Shown piece by piece: positions 44,240 to 57,360 of a DNA stretch of 64,000 bases. The first letter of the stretch is position 1. Each line of letters begins with the position of its first letter. A program made the translations under genes and the position numbers. The notes under the pieces were generated by a model that saw nothing but the letters and a program-made list of their open reading frames with translations, was not told the origin of the DNA and ran no database searches. This DNA is from Macrostomum hystrix (lineage: Eukaryota; Animalia; Platyhelminthes): contig CATNEN010000029.1 in the NCBI GenBank assembly GCA_950097015.1, forward strand, positions 3,844,001-3,908,000, read 5' to 3'.

Positions 44240-47200
44240 GTGGCTAATGCTTCTCTGTAATATCTAATTACAGTATTGATCTACCTGTGGCTAATGCTTC
44301 TCTGTAATATCTAATTACAGTATTGATCTCCCTGTGGCTAATGCTTCTCTGTAATATCTAATTACAGTATTGATCTCCCTGTGGCTAATGCTTCTCTGTA
44401 ATATCTTATTACAGTATTGATCTCCCTGTGGCTAATTCTTCTCTGCAATATCTAATTACAGTATTGATCTCCCTGTGGCTAATGCTTCTCTGTAATATCT
44501 AATTACAGTATTGATCTCCCTGTGGCTAATTCTTCTCTGCAATATCTAATTACAGTATTGATCTCCCTGTGGCTAATGCTTCTCTGTAATATCTAATTAC
44601 AGTATTGATCTCCCTGTGGCTAATTCTTCTCTGCAATATCTAATTACAGTATTGATCTCCCTGTGGCTAATGCTTCTCTGTAATAGCTAATTACAGTATT
44701 GATCTACCTGTGGCTAATGCTTCTCTGCAATATCTAATTACAGTATTGATCTCCCTGTGGCTAATGCTTCTCTGTAATATCTAATTACAGTATTGATCTA
44801 CCTGTGGCTAATGCTTCTCTGTAATATCTAATTACAGTATTGATCTCCCTGTGGCTAATTCTTCTCTGCAATATCTAATTACAGTATTGATCTCCCTGTG
44901 GCTAATTCTTCTCTGCAATATCTAATTACAGTATTGATCTCCCTGTGGCTAATGCTTCTCTGTAATATCTAATTACAGTATTGATCTCCCTGTGGCTAAT
45001 GCTTCTCTGTAATATCTTATTACAGTATTGATCTCCCTGTGGCTAATTCTTCTCTGCAATATCTAATTACAGTATTGATCTCCCTGTGGCTAATGCTTCT
45101 CTGCAATATCTAATTACAGTATTGATCTCCCTGTGGCTAATGCTTCTCTGTAATATCTAATTACAGTATTGATCTCCCTGTGGCTAATGCTTCTCTGCAA
45201 TATCTAATTACAGTATTGATCTCCCTGTGGCTAATTCTTCTCTGCAATATCTTATTACAGTATTGATCTCCCTGTGGCTAATTCTTCTCTGCAATATCTA
45301 ATTACAGTATTGATCTCCCTGTGGCTAATGCTTCTCTGTAATATCTTATTACAGTATTGATCTCCCTGTGGCTAATGCTTCTCTGTAATATCTAATTACA
45401 GTATTGATCTCCCTGTGGCTAATGCTTCTCTGTAATATCTTATTACAGTATTGATCTCCCTGTGGCTAATTCTTCTCTGCAATATCTAATTACAGTATTG
45501 ATCTCCCTGTGGCTAATGCTTCTCTGTAATATCTAATTACAGTATTGATCTCCCTGTGGCTAATGCTTCTCTGCAATATCTAATTACAGTATTGATCTCC
45601 CTGTGGCTAATGCTTCTCTGTAATATCTAATTACAGTATTGATCTCCCTGTGGCTAATGCTTCTCTGCAATATCTAATTACAGTATTGATCTCCCTGTGG
45701 CTAATGCTTCTCTGTAATATCTAATTACAGTATTGATCTCCCTGTGGCTAATGCTTCTCTGTAATATCTAATTACAGTATTGATCTACCTGTGGCTAATG
45801 CTTCTCTGCAATATCTTATTACAGTATTGATCTCCCTGTGGCTAATTCTTCTCTGCAATATCTAATTACAGTATTGATCTCCCTGTGGCTAATGCTTCTC
45901 TGTAATATCTAATTACAGTATTGATCTACCTGTGGCTAATGCTTCTCTGCAATATCTTATTACAGTATTGATCTCCCTGTGGCTAATTCTTCTCTGCAAT
46001 ATCTAATTACAGTATTGATCTCCCTGTGGCTAATGCTTCTCTGTAATATCTAATTACAGTATTGATCTCCCTGTGGCTAATGCTTCTCTGTAATATCTTA
46101 TTACAGTATTGATCTCCCTGTGGCTAATGCTTCTCTGTAATATCTAATTACAGTATTGATCTACCTGTGGCTAATGCTTCTCTGCAATATCTTATTACAG
46201 TATTGATCTCCCTGTGGCTAATTCTTCTCTGCAATATCTAATTACAGTATTGATCTCCCTGTGGCTAATTCTTCTCTGCAATATCTAATTACAGTATTGA
46301 TCTCCCTGTGGCTAATTCTTCTCTGCAATATCTAATTACAGTATTGATCTCCCTGTGGCTAATGCTTCTCTGTAATATCTAATTACAGTATTGATCTCCC
46401 TGTGGCTAATTCTTCTCTGCAATATCTAATTACAGTATTGATCTCCCTGTGGCTAATGCTTCTCTGTAATATCTTATTACAGTATTGATCTCCCTGTGGC
46501 TAATTCTTCTCTGCAATATCTTATTACAGTATTGATCTCCCTGTGGCTAATTCTTCTCTGCAATATCTAATTACAGTATTGATCTCCCTGTGGCTAATGC
46601 TTCTCTGTAATATCTTATTACAGTATTGATCTCCCTGTGGCTAATGCTTCTCTGTAATATCTTATTACAGTATTGATCTCCCTGTGGCTAATTCTTCTCT
46701 GTAATATCTTATTACAGTATTGATCTACCTGTGGCTAATGCTTCTCTGCAATATCTAATTACAGTATTGATCTCCCTGTGGCTAATTCTTCTCTGCAATA
46801 TCTTATTACAGTATTGATCTCCCTGTGGCTAATGCTTCTCTGTAATATCTAATTACAGTATTGATCTCCCTGTGGCTAATTCTTCTCTGCAATATCTAAT
46901 TACAGTATTGATCTCCCTGTGGCTAATGCTTCTCTGTAATATCTAATTACAGTATTGATCTCCCTGTGGCTAATGCTTCTCTGCAATATCTAATTACAGT
47001 ATTGATCTCCCTGTGGCTAATTCTTCTCTGCAATATCTAATTACAGTATTGATCTCCCTGTGGCTAATGCTTCTCTGTAATATCTTATTACAGTATTGAT
47101 CTCCCTGTGGCTAATGCTTCTCTGTAATATCTAATTACAGTATTGATCTCCCTGTGGCTAATGCTTCTCTGCAATATCTAATTACAGTATTGATCTCCCT

Positions 47201-48588
47201 GTGGCTAATGCTTCTCTGTAATATCTAATTACAGTATTGATCTCCCTGTGGCTAATGCTTCTCTGCAATATCTAATTACAGTATTGATCTCCCTGTGGCT
47301 AATGCTTCTCTGTAATATCTAATTACAGTATTGATCTACCTGTGGCTAATGCTTCTCTGTAATATCTAATTACAGTATTGATCTCCCTGTGGCTAATTCT
47401 TCTCTGCAATATCTAATTACAGTATTGATCTCCCTGTGGCTAATGCTTCTCTGTAATATCTAATTACAGTATTGATCTCCCTGTGGCTAATTCTTCTCTG
47501 CAATATCTAATTACAGTATTGATCTCCCTGTGGCTAATGCTTCTCTGTAATATCTAATTACAGTATTGATCTCCCTGTGGCTAATTCTTCTCTGCAATAT
47601 CTAATTACAGTATTGATCTCCCTGTGGCTAATGCTTCTCTGTAATATCTAATTACAGTATTGATCTCCCTGTGGCTAATTCTTCTCTGCAATATCTAATT
47701 ACAGTATTGATCTCCCTGTGGCTAATGCTTCTCTGTAATATCTAATTACAGTATTGATCTCCCTGTGGCTAATTCTTCTCTGCAATATCTAATTACAGTA
47801 TTGATCTCCCTGTGGCTAATTCTTCTCTGCAATATCTAATTACAGTATTGATCTCCCTGTGGCTAATGCTTCTCTGTAATATCTAATTACAGTATTGATC
47901 TCCCTGTGGCTAATTCTTCTCTGCAATATCTAATTACAGTATTGATCTCCCTGTGGCTAATGCTTCTCTGTAATATCTAATTACAGTATTGATCTCCCTG
48001 TGGCTAATTCTTCTCTGCAATATCTTATTGCAGTATTGATCTCCCTGTGGCTAATGCTTCTCTGCAATATCTAATTACAGTATTGATCTCCCTGTGGCTA
48101 ATGCTTCTCTGTAATATCTTATTACAGTATTGATCTCCCTGTGGCTAATGCTTCTCTGCAATATCTAATTACAGTATTGATCTCCCTGTGGCTAATGCTT
48201 CTCTGCAATATCTAATTACAGTATTGATCTCCCTGTGGCTAATGCTTCTCTGTAATATCTAATTACAGTATTGATCTCCCTGTGGCTAATGCTTCTCTGT
48301 AATATCTTATTACAGTATTGATCTCCCTGTGGCTAATGCTTCTCTGCAATATCTAATTACAGTATTGATCTCCCTGTGGCTAATGCTTCTCTGTAATATC
48401 TTATTACAGTATTGATCTCCCTGTGGCTAATGCTTCTCTGTAATATCTTATTACAGTATTGATCTCCCTGTGGCTAATGCTTCTCTGTAATATCTTATTA
48501 CAGTATTGATCTCCCTGTGGCTAATGCTTCTCTGTAATATCTTATTACAGTATTGATCTCCCTGTGGCTAATGCTTCTCTGTAATATC
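44240..48588. repeat. 47-bp satellite, about 92 copies
   Basis: GTGGCTAATGCTTCTCTGTAATATCTAATTACAGTATTGATCTCCCT; no spacers. Confidence 0.98.
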
Positions 48589-48776
48589 GTTTAAAATTTT
48601 GAGTAAGGCAGGCAATTAATGGACTTAGATAGTTAATGCGAAGGGCAGCAGTTGATGAAGTCGACAAAGTCTATTGAAGTAGATTAGTAAGAGCAGTGAG
48701 ACTTATCAGTTGTTTTGCTTGGAAAGTCTAGTATCCGCTTCTGTTGCAGCTAAAGCCTTTTTCTGGGATAACTACC

Positions 48777-51536
48777 ATTTCAAACCACTTTCTATTAATT
48801 AGCATTCCGGTGCAAATATGCCGCGACCTCTGGGCGATGCTGGTCACCAGGCCGATGCTCGTCCAGGTAAGAAAGGTGAGCCGCGCCCTGCTCTGCTGCC
48901 TCTGCCTCTGCTGTGGCTTCTAACTGCGGCAGGACGGGAAGTCGGCGAGGACAGCGAAGCCCCCGGCGTCGCATCGAGCGTCGTCGAGAACGCAATTGGC
49001 GTGGACGACTGAAAGGCCGCCTCCGTCGAGCTGCTGGCAATGCAGAACTGCCGGCCCCTGCCCCTGTGGCTCTGCCGGGTGGCGCCGGCGACCGTGAGAC
49101 TCACCAACATCGGGTCCCAGCTGTGACAAATCATGCGCTAAAGCTAGCTACGTTCAACTGCCGAACCTGGTCATGCTGCAAGAGGTATCAATAACTGCTG
49201 AACCAGATCTTCGTCGTGAGGAGTTGGGGGCAGGCTGGACGCTGTACTTCACGTCAGCGGACGGTAGAGGTCGCGGCGGAGTTGGAGCGCTTGTCGGACC
49301 ACGGCTGTGCGAGAGCGTCTGCTGCTTCAGCCTCTCAGCCCGGCTGTTGCGCGTGGACTTGAGACTGCGTCGTCGCATTGTGCGGCTGTTCTGTGCGTAC
49401 GCTCCCACCGCTGCCCACGCGCAGGAATTTTTCGAGTTCCTGTCGGAGCAGCTAGAGATGGTTGCGCAACGCGACACCCTGGTAGTGCTTGACGACGTCA
49501 ACGCCGTTGTGCCTCAGTCGCAGCGCTCCCCTTTCGTGTCGCCACGCCAGAACGCTAGCACCGATGCGCTAGTCGACCTGATGTCGAGGTTCGACTTGGT
49601 GTCGGCCAACACGCACTTCCGCTAACCGCCAAATCGGCTGGTGACCTTCGCTGGGCGCAAGCGTAGGAGGCGGAAAGCGCGCGGCCGTTTTGCCACTACC
49701 CACTTGGCACAGCTCGACCACATGCTAGTGTGCTACCGCGAATGCAGCTGGCTGAGCAACTGCGACACAGTGGAACCGCAGGTCGTTCGATCCGATCGCC
49801 GCCTGCTCTACTGTGACCTGCGGCTCTCCGACCCGCTCTACAGGCCGCCGAAGCGCCCCCGACGTAGATATTTTCGCGCCCTGCAGGATCCCGGCACGCG
49901 GGGCCGCTTTGCGTACGCTTTCGCGGTGGCCCTGGGGTCTGCACAGGCGGCGGACTACAATTCAATAGGAAAGGCTATAACAACTGCCGCAGCCAAGACT
50001 CTGCCATTGATGGAGCTCGCGTCACGGCAGCTACCAGTTTGGGCGAGCGACCCTGAGGTCCGTGAGGCCCGGTGCACAGTCGAAGGACTGCGACGTGCCA
50101 GGCGCCCGACTTCCGACGCCGAGAAGGCACAGGCGGACATCTACGAGAAGCGGCAGCAGGCTGCTGTGGACGACGCCATCCGGGCAGTCGCGTCAGTCGG
50201 TCTTGATCGGCAAAACCGAGTCGTCTGGCCGGCCGTAAATGCCCTTACTGGTCAAAAGAAGAAGGCCGCGCTAAACCTGGCTGGTGACTCTGCGGAGGAG
50301 CGCAGAAATATGCTGCGCAGTTTCTTCGCCACCATCGTCAATGCGCCGTCACCGTCACTGCCTGCTGACCTATCGCTGCACCCCCTGATGTAGCACTGCC
50401 GAAGCAGTAGGATTTCGACATCCGTCCTTTCACTAGCACTGACGTTGTGGAGTTCGCTCGCAAAATGCCGGGAGGTCGCGCTATCGGCCCTGACGAAGTG
50501 CCCGTCGAGGCGTTGCGAGTCCCGAGGGTCGTCACTGAGGTGGCCCGCGTGATGAACGGCGTCTTGGTGTCGCAATATGCCGCAGCAGCTCATTACCGCT
50601 ATCATGGCGCTGTACGTGGACACCATCGCTGCGGTAGTGACGCCAGACGGCCTGTCGGACCTGTTCAGCATGACCTCGGGAGTGCTGCAGGGGGGACACG
50701 CTGGCGCCTTTTCTATTCGTTCTGGTGATGGACTGGGTGCTCCGGACCGGCCTGCCATCTGCGGACGACGGCTTCCTGCTGTGTCGGCGCACGAGCCGGC
50801 GGCACCCCGAGAAGAGGCTCTGCACTCTCGGCTACGCTGCTGCTGTCTTCGACGGTCGAAGGCGCCCAACGGCTGCTGGATGGCCTGACAAAGGCGGCGG
50901 CAAGAGTCGGTCTCATCGTGAACGCGCAGAAGACCGAGGTGCTGACGGTGCCGCACAATCTGCCGGCCGAGATTCTGCTCCGGGACGACAGCCGCCCCGG
51001 GACCCCTCTCCGAGGTGCCGCCAGTTCGTTTATCTCGGCGGACTAGTGCCGGACGTGAGCCACGATTTGGCGAGACAGTGCAGTGCGCACGGTGCTGCTT
51101 TCGGGCGCGCTGACGCACAGCGCCAGGTCGCAGCTTTTCTAGGCGGTTGTTGAGATGCTTAGACCTGGAAACGAGACGACCGACTCACTGTACAAGCGAG
51201 CGCGACTGACGCGGCCTTCCGACCAGCTGCGGCAGCGGCGCCTGCGGCTGGCTGGGTACGTGATCAGGGCTGAAGCCTACTGCCCTGAGCCGCTGCAGGA
51301 TGTGCTTCTGTGGACTCCGCAGGGACCGCGCAGGCGCGGACAGAGACGATCGGTCCGTTGTATCGACTTGCTCTTCTCCGACGCGCGCGCCCCGATCCAG
51401 GTTGACGGAGTGAAGCATGTCAGCGATGTCAACTAGGCCTTAAGCGCGCGTTTTGACGCTTCCCCCTTTTTCGGGCCACTGCGTGGCCGACGGGTTGCGT
51501 ATTATTATTAATATTATTACGATTATTTTATTATTA
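48777..51536 (+). mobile_element. Decayed RTE-like non-LTR retrotransposon (APE + partly deleted RT, (ATT)n tail)
   Basis: LKLATFNCRT, LQEV..GGVG, AYAPT, QLDHMLV, AIGPDEVPVE, GVLQG..LAPFLFVLVMDWVL, with stops and frameshifts. Tail ATTATTATTA at 51501-51536; possible TSD AACTACC at 48770-48776 and 51537-51543. Confidence 0.8.
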
Positions 51537-52173
51537 AACTACCGCCAAAAGGGGCTTAAGGGACGCCAAAAGGCTGTACTTACTTTCAGCTATCTTCTTG
51601 TATCCTCTGTGATTCAGCTGTTCTGCTCCCAAATATGGTCAAGTCAGGAAAGGAATATTTTTCCACCCGAAATCCCCCCCACACAACTGAATCCTCCGTG
51701 CCATCTGCCCTGCTCTACTCTCTTCCTCTAGTTCATCCCCTACTCAATGGGATGATTGCATGCGGACTGTGGTAAGGGATTCTAAGTTCATTGGAGCAGT
51801 TGACACGTACGCACAGTGTACAATTTGCAGCCTCCCCATGCGGGCAATAGTTCCAGATGTGCATACCTACATCTATATAGCAATCTTGCGCTGTTTGACG
51901 CTCGTACATATTAGCAAATATACCCGTATTTAGGTCATTCTAGAGGAGATCAGATTCGATACTGGAATCAAGAGGGTTGCACTCAGCTTCAGGGCACCGC
52001 AAGTTGCGTAAGACATCTCATGTGATATTCTTCTCAAGTGAATATACTGATTTCTTGCCAAATTTGACCAGACGCTCCATGTCACGCCTTCCCCTTCCCT
52101 TGCATTGTCTCCTCGTTGATTTGTCGTGCTCATGTTAAATGTACATAAATTTAACCGACAACAACAGGGAGCC

Positions 52174-53751
52174 ATGGCCGTGATACAGCTACTGCTTCAT
52201 CGCAAGAGGCTGCTGTTGTCCTGCGTGACCACTCTGTCGCTACTGGCTGTTGCGTGGCAGTTCTCTGCCGAGACTGACTTGCCGCACGGCTGCAAGGGCC
52301 TACTAGCCGGCAGCGCTCGCGAAGTCCTACGTGCAGAGGCCAGAGGCTCACTCAGGCCGACCGATTTCATGGAGGACGTCGAGATGACGGCCCTGTCGTG
52401 CTCCCAGCTGACTGCTGGCTACTGGACGGGGCCTGTCAGCGACCTGGAGCTCGGCTTCCCCATCGCATTCAGCGTGGTGGCGCATCGCAGCTTCTACCAG
52501 GTCAGCCATCTGGAGCCTCGGCTTGGGCTGTTAAAAGCCAAGCAAATTTCATAGATTGCTGATGTGGTTTTCTTCGCAATGAAATCGAACTCGTATATTT
52601 GTTTGTGATGCTCGCGAGCAATTAAAAAATAAATTAGTTTGTATTAGGGCGTTAAATCCCTCTAGCATGCAACTGTACCTTGGCTGGGATCGTGATCACC
52701 ATAGACACAACTTTTGGGTGCGGATAGTCCTGATAGTCGAAGCCTTTCAGCGGCCTGATCACCACATCGAAGCCAGCCACTTTTGATTGCTTCGCAGGTG
52801 AACCGACTAATGCAGGCTGTGCACCGCTCTCACAACACCTACTGTCTGCACATCGACTCGAAGTCGTCCGCAAAATTCACGGCAGCGGCCAAGCGCCTGG
52901 CCAGCTGCCTCAGCAACCTTGTCCTGGTCGAGTCGCCTGTGGTCTGGGGTCAGGCTTCTGTCCTGCTGGCCGACTTGCGCTGCTTCAGTGCGCTGCTCTA
53001 CTCTAACAGGGTGAGTGCATTGTTGCGTGGTCTGAAAATGAGCAGCTCACTGAATGCTAGAGAGTGTCCCGATGCTTTACAGACGTGGAACTATGTGATC
53101 AACCTGACCGGACAGGAGTACCCGATCCGAACCCTCATGGAGATGGTTCAGATCCTCAAGCTGATGAACGGCAGCAATAACATGGAGCGACTCATCCCAA
53201 GAAACTACAATCCCTATCCGAGAATGACCGACGACACGGGCCTGTCCGACCTGCGCTGGTACAAGGGCTCCGCACACGCCATCATCAGCGGAGCAGCCGT
53301 GCGCTACATGCTGGAAGACCGCAGAGCCCAGCTGATCCTGCAGCACATTCAGAAGCACTACGTCAACGGTCGGACCATTCCGGACGAGACCTTCTACGCC
53401 ACCCTCAACCACAACTACGAGCTGCTGGCGTTTCCCGGATCCTACACTGGCAACCTCGTCACGACGAACAGCGAGTACCGTCAGATCTACCGCTACAAGA
53501 TCTGGTCGCAGAACTGCAGGTCAGGTCTCAGCGTTCGCGGCATCTGCATCATCGGCGCTGCCGACCTCAAAGACTTCAACTCGAGACCGGAGCTCATCGC
53601 CAACAAGATGTACTTCGACTTTCAGAGCGACGCATTCCTCTGCGTCCAGGAGAGGTTCTGGAACAACACGAAGGCCGACTACGACCCCAGGCTGAAGAAG
53701 ACCTTTGTTGTTCCGTTGAGTTTCTACCAGAACTTGAATATTGTTCGTTAA
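52174..53751 (+). CDS. GCNT-like paralog 2 (402 aa); exons 52174-52500, 52798-53010, 53083-53751
   Basis: Same motifs and intron positions as paralog 1, with its own TM N-terminus. Confidence 0.9.
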
Positions 53752-54109
53752 CATTCTTAGACTTATTTTAAGGTATTTTTGGTCGCACTCTTCTGAATTC
53801 AAAGGAAGTAGCGCTTGGAAAATTTAAACTTTCAAACGTTTTCAACTTACTGGTTAAAGCCTTTCTTTTTATTTTTGTAAGTAAATAATCAAGAAAAAGT
53901 TTTTTCTTTTAATGAAGAACGTTTTTGGTCTTGGAGGGCTTAGCCGCAAACTGCTTAGCCGCATTGAGCAATCAATCCCAAAAAAGTGTTTTCTAAAGTT
54001 ACAAGGGGCTTGCGCACACTAGCAGAAATACTGAGGAAAATATAAAAAAGCAGAAAGGCGTTCCAAAAATAAAGAAAATAGATATTTCAAATAAATATCG
54101 ATCTTGAAA

Positions 54110-54285
54110 TCGACAAAAGCGCATGAGTGGGTGTCCCGCGCCCTGGCTCGGATTCTGTGCAGCTTCAGGCTGTCACGCATGGTGTCCACGTCCAATACGA
54201 CGAAGGTGAGCACACGCTGCTGCTGCCCTCTGTCGGCACCAGATTGACAATCTCGGTGGTCTTGACAGCGTGGGCTTCAGGCTTA
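54110..54285 (-). pseudogene. Diverged, deleted fragment of the LINE ORF1 (gag-like) family
   Basis: QQRVLTFVVLDV..MRDSLKL..HRIRARA vs QQPLLTFVALDV..MLRESLKLDITSVHRIRARA in the 57429-60101 ORF. Confidence 0.7.
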
Positions 54286-54294
54286 ATTTTTGTT

Positions 54295-55940
54295 AAAAAT
54301 AAAATATATAAAATTTTGACAGATCAGAAACTTCAAAAACCCTACTACAGCGACAAAGGATTCTTTGTAGGAAAAAATACAGCCACCAAACTCGCAGAAC
54401 TAAGTAATGAATCAATACAAACAGTTGAAAGATGTCTCTCTAAACAAGCAGTCTACCGAGTCTATTTCCCTGCACCTGTTAAATTTACAAGACCCCACTT
54501 TAACATCTATAAACCTAATGAGGCGCACCAAGCAGATCTTCTGCTTCTCCCCAATGACTCAGGCTACAAGTATGCGCTCACAGTTATAGACATTGCCTCC
54601 AGATATAAAGAAGCCAGACCACTTAAGACTAAGAAGTCAGAAGCAGTAGCAGCTGCCCTCCAAGACATTTACAAAAACTCTCCGCTCTAGGGATGCCAAC
54701 CGGTTTTAAAACCGGTTTAAAAAAACGGTTTTAGCAGGAAAACCGGTTCTACAAAAAAAACTTTTTTTGTCCGGTTTTTTGACGGTTTTTAATGGGTTTT
54801 TTATTTTAATTATGTCTCACAGAGTCACAATTTTTGCACTTTGGAGAAAAAATAACTGGTAACAAAATTTTTCTAAATCGTTGCTTTGTAACTTCATAAT
54901 CGTAATTCGTAGTTGTAGTTGTAGAGTCTGAATTCCTGAAAAGAATATGAAAAACCTCGGAGTCCGCAGGACTCAGTAGTACTCAGTGTCAGTATGGTAA
55001 TTAATTAATAATGTATGTATAGATGTATAGATTAATTAGTTAAAATTAAACTTGAAATTAAATCTAAGTTGAACTTGAAGTATAAATCTAAATTGGGGCC
55101 TAATATAAAACTATCTAAGTCTAAACCACAGACACTATAATAACTTATAGTATCTGTTATTACGAGTATAGTATCTGTGGTCTAAACCTAAAAACATCAA
55201 GGGTTCGCCGTTTCTAATCTAACCATCCCAGGGTACCGCCATTTCGAGACTGTGACCAGTTTGCCTTGGCCAAAATCTTTATATTAAGTTCGCATTGGGT
55301 CTTTATTTTAGTTCGCATTTAGTTCGCATTGGCTACGGAACAATTCCGAAGAAAGTCCACGGAAAATTTGAATTGGCGCGATATTCAATTTCCGCGAAAC
55401 CTAACTATAGCAAATTTAAAATTAATAATTCCAAGAAACTTTTATTATTACTTATCGGCACGCACACCTTTAACAAATTCACGATTGTATATAAGTTCTA
55501 TGTTCTATGCTTATATAGTGCTTTTTAAAAACTTGGCACACAAACCGGTTTTTAAAGACCGGTTTTCTTATAAAAGGCGGTTTTCAAACCGGTTAACCGG
55601 TTCTCAAAAAGGGCCGGTTTTTGGCATCTCTACTCCGCTCACATACCCGCAAAGCTTTATGACTGATCCTGGCAAATAATCCATGGGTGCAGTCAAATCC
55701 CTTATGGAAAAGAACAATACGAAAATGCGCTACGGAAGAACTGAGCTCCATATAGAGACCAGGCTTTCGTTGAAAGATTCAATCTAGCAAAGAGACTTTT
55801 CACAAAGCAGACAGCTGAAGAGCTGAAACAAAAAATTGGCCAATACCATACCAAGTGGGGCAGACCGGCTCCCAGCTCCAATAAATCAACTCAATAATGA
55901 AATTTCTCGAGTGTCGGGACTAAAGCCTTCTACAGCAATT
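54295..55940 (+). pseudogene. Polinton/Maverick-type retroviral-like integrase relic split by a hAT MITE
   Basis: HQADLLLLP..YKYALTVIDIASRYKEARPL before the MITE; TYPQSFMTDPGK*, RDQAFVERFN and LNNEISRVSGLKP after it, with a stop and frameshifts. Confidence 0.75.
54688..55632. mobile_element. 945-bp hAT-like non-autonomous element
   Basis: TIR TAGGGATGCCAA / TTGGCATCTCTA, subterminal AACCGGTT repeats, 8-bp TSD CTCCGCTC at 54680-54687 and 55633-55640. Confidence 0.9.
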
Positions 55941-56401
55941 CACCATTTCCATTTCCTGAATTACCTGGAATATATTCTCCAGAAATTAATATTAACTCGG
56001 CATCTTTTTGCTTCCTTTACTTATCAGGAGAGCTGAATTGGCAAGTAGATCCACTCCAACATCGAATCCATTGAAACAATCAAACACACAATATCACTGA
56101 TGAGAAAACAGGCTTTGCTGCACTCATGCTGATCTTCCTTTGCTGCACTCATTCCCATCATCACAGGGTGACCAACCAATACTTTTTTTCATAGACAATG
56201 CCTAAAGCAAATCCTGAGAAAATGGTCGAATCTTTCTTTCAAGCTCAAGTGTTTCAACATGGAAGTCAAGTTCTGCAAGAGCTCTGTCAGCAGATATTCA
56301 AAACAGATCCTGGCTTCCTCGGGAGCCATGCAATGCAGCAAGAAATTATTAAACAGCTTCGGTCTTCAGAGCAGTATCTATGAGGCACATCTAGAGCAAA
56401 A

Positions 56402-57360
56402 CTGGCTTCCGCAGCTCGTGCCGCAGCAGCTTTGGCCTCAGCTGCCGCCTTCGTCGCCTTGGTGTGCACCTCCTGCGCGACAGTGCAGACTCGGCTGGTC
56501 GTGCGGTGCTGACCACCGCAGTTGGAGCATGTCGCCGGGCCTTCGTGCTGGCAGTCCTTCCAGACGAGCGAGCCGCCACAGATTCGGCATGGCAGCTCCG
56601 CCTGGCACTGGGCGGCACGGTAACCGAACTGCTGGCAGCGCTGGCACTGCAGGGCGCGGACCGGCTCGTCGGTGCGGCTCTCCTCGCAGCTGAACTTCAG
56701 GAAGTCAGTGCAGATGCCTTCGCGAAGGCACTGGTCAAATGTCGCTCTCGACTTCGTAAAGATGCGCATGTACCGGGTGGCCTGCCCGGATGCTCGCGCA
56801 CGGATCCGATGCACACTCGTGATGTCGAGCTTCAAGGACTCGCGGAGCATGCTGGCAAATTCGGCCTCCGTGAAGGAAAACGGCACGTCGAGCGCCACAA
56901 AGGTGAGCAGTGGCTGCTGCCGTACTCTGTCAGCGCCAGTCCGGTTGTCCAGCGGCCGTGATCGTGCTGGTCGACGCTCGACACGGTGTCCGAGGAGGCT
57001 GTCCTGACGCAGAGCACCGCCTAGGAAAACGTTGTAATCCCGCTCAGTGGCCGGGAATACTAGGTAGGCGGGCTGATTGGCCATCTCGGCTGTGTTGATG
57101 GCACGAGCATCGCCGGCAAAGCTGGCCTACAGCAAGGTGATGAAGGCCACCAGCTTGCCTGCCGCACTCTGATGGACCTCGAAGACCACCGGTGGAATGG
57201 CAGCCTGAGGTCCCTTGGGAGGTGCGCGAGCCCAAGCCACTTGTGCATAGGGCCGCGCCGTCGTAGTTTGTGTAGTTGAAGCCGCCGCCGCTGCCGCCGC
57301 CGCCGACGCCGCGACGAACCCGTCACCGCGGTCGCCCACGTAGCCGCCGCACCCCGGCTG
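56402..57360 (-). mobile_element. LINE copy C: internal ORF1 fragment (gag/CCHC part), truncated at both ends, with stops
   Basis: Roughly 90% similar by eye to 57895-58845; contains a W-to-TAG change and a knuckle H-to-Y change. Confidence 0.85.

Noticed and set aside
44240-48588. CRISPR-like appearance of regular palindromic repeats
   Set aside because: No unique spacers, no cas genes, eukaryotic context.
56198-56383. 61-aa ORF between the integrase relic and LINE copy C
   Set aside because: Short, no recognisable motif or splice support.
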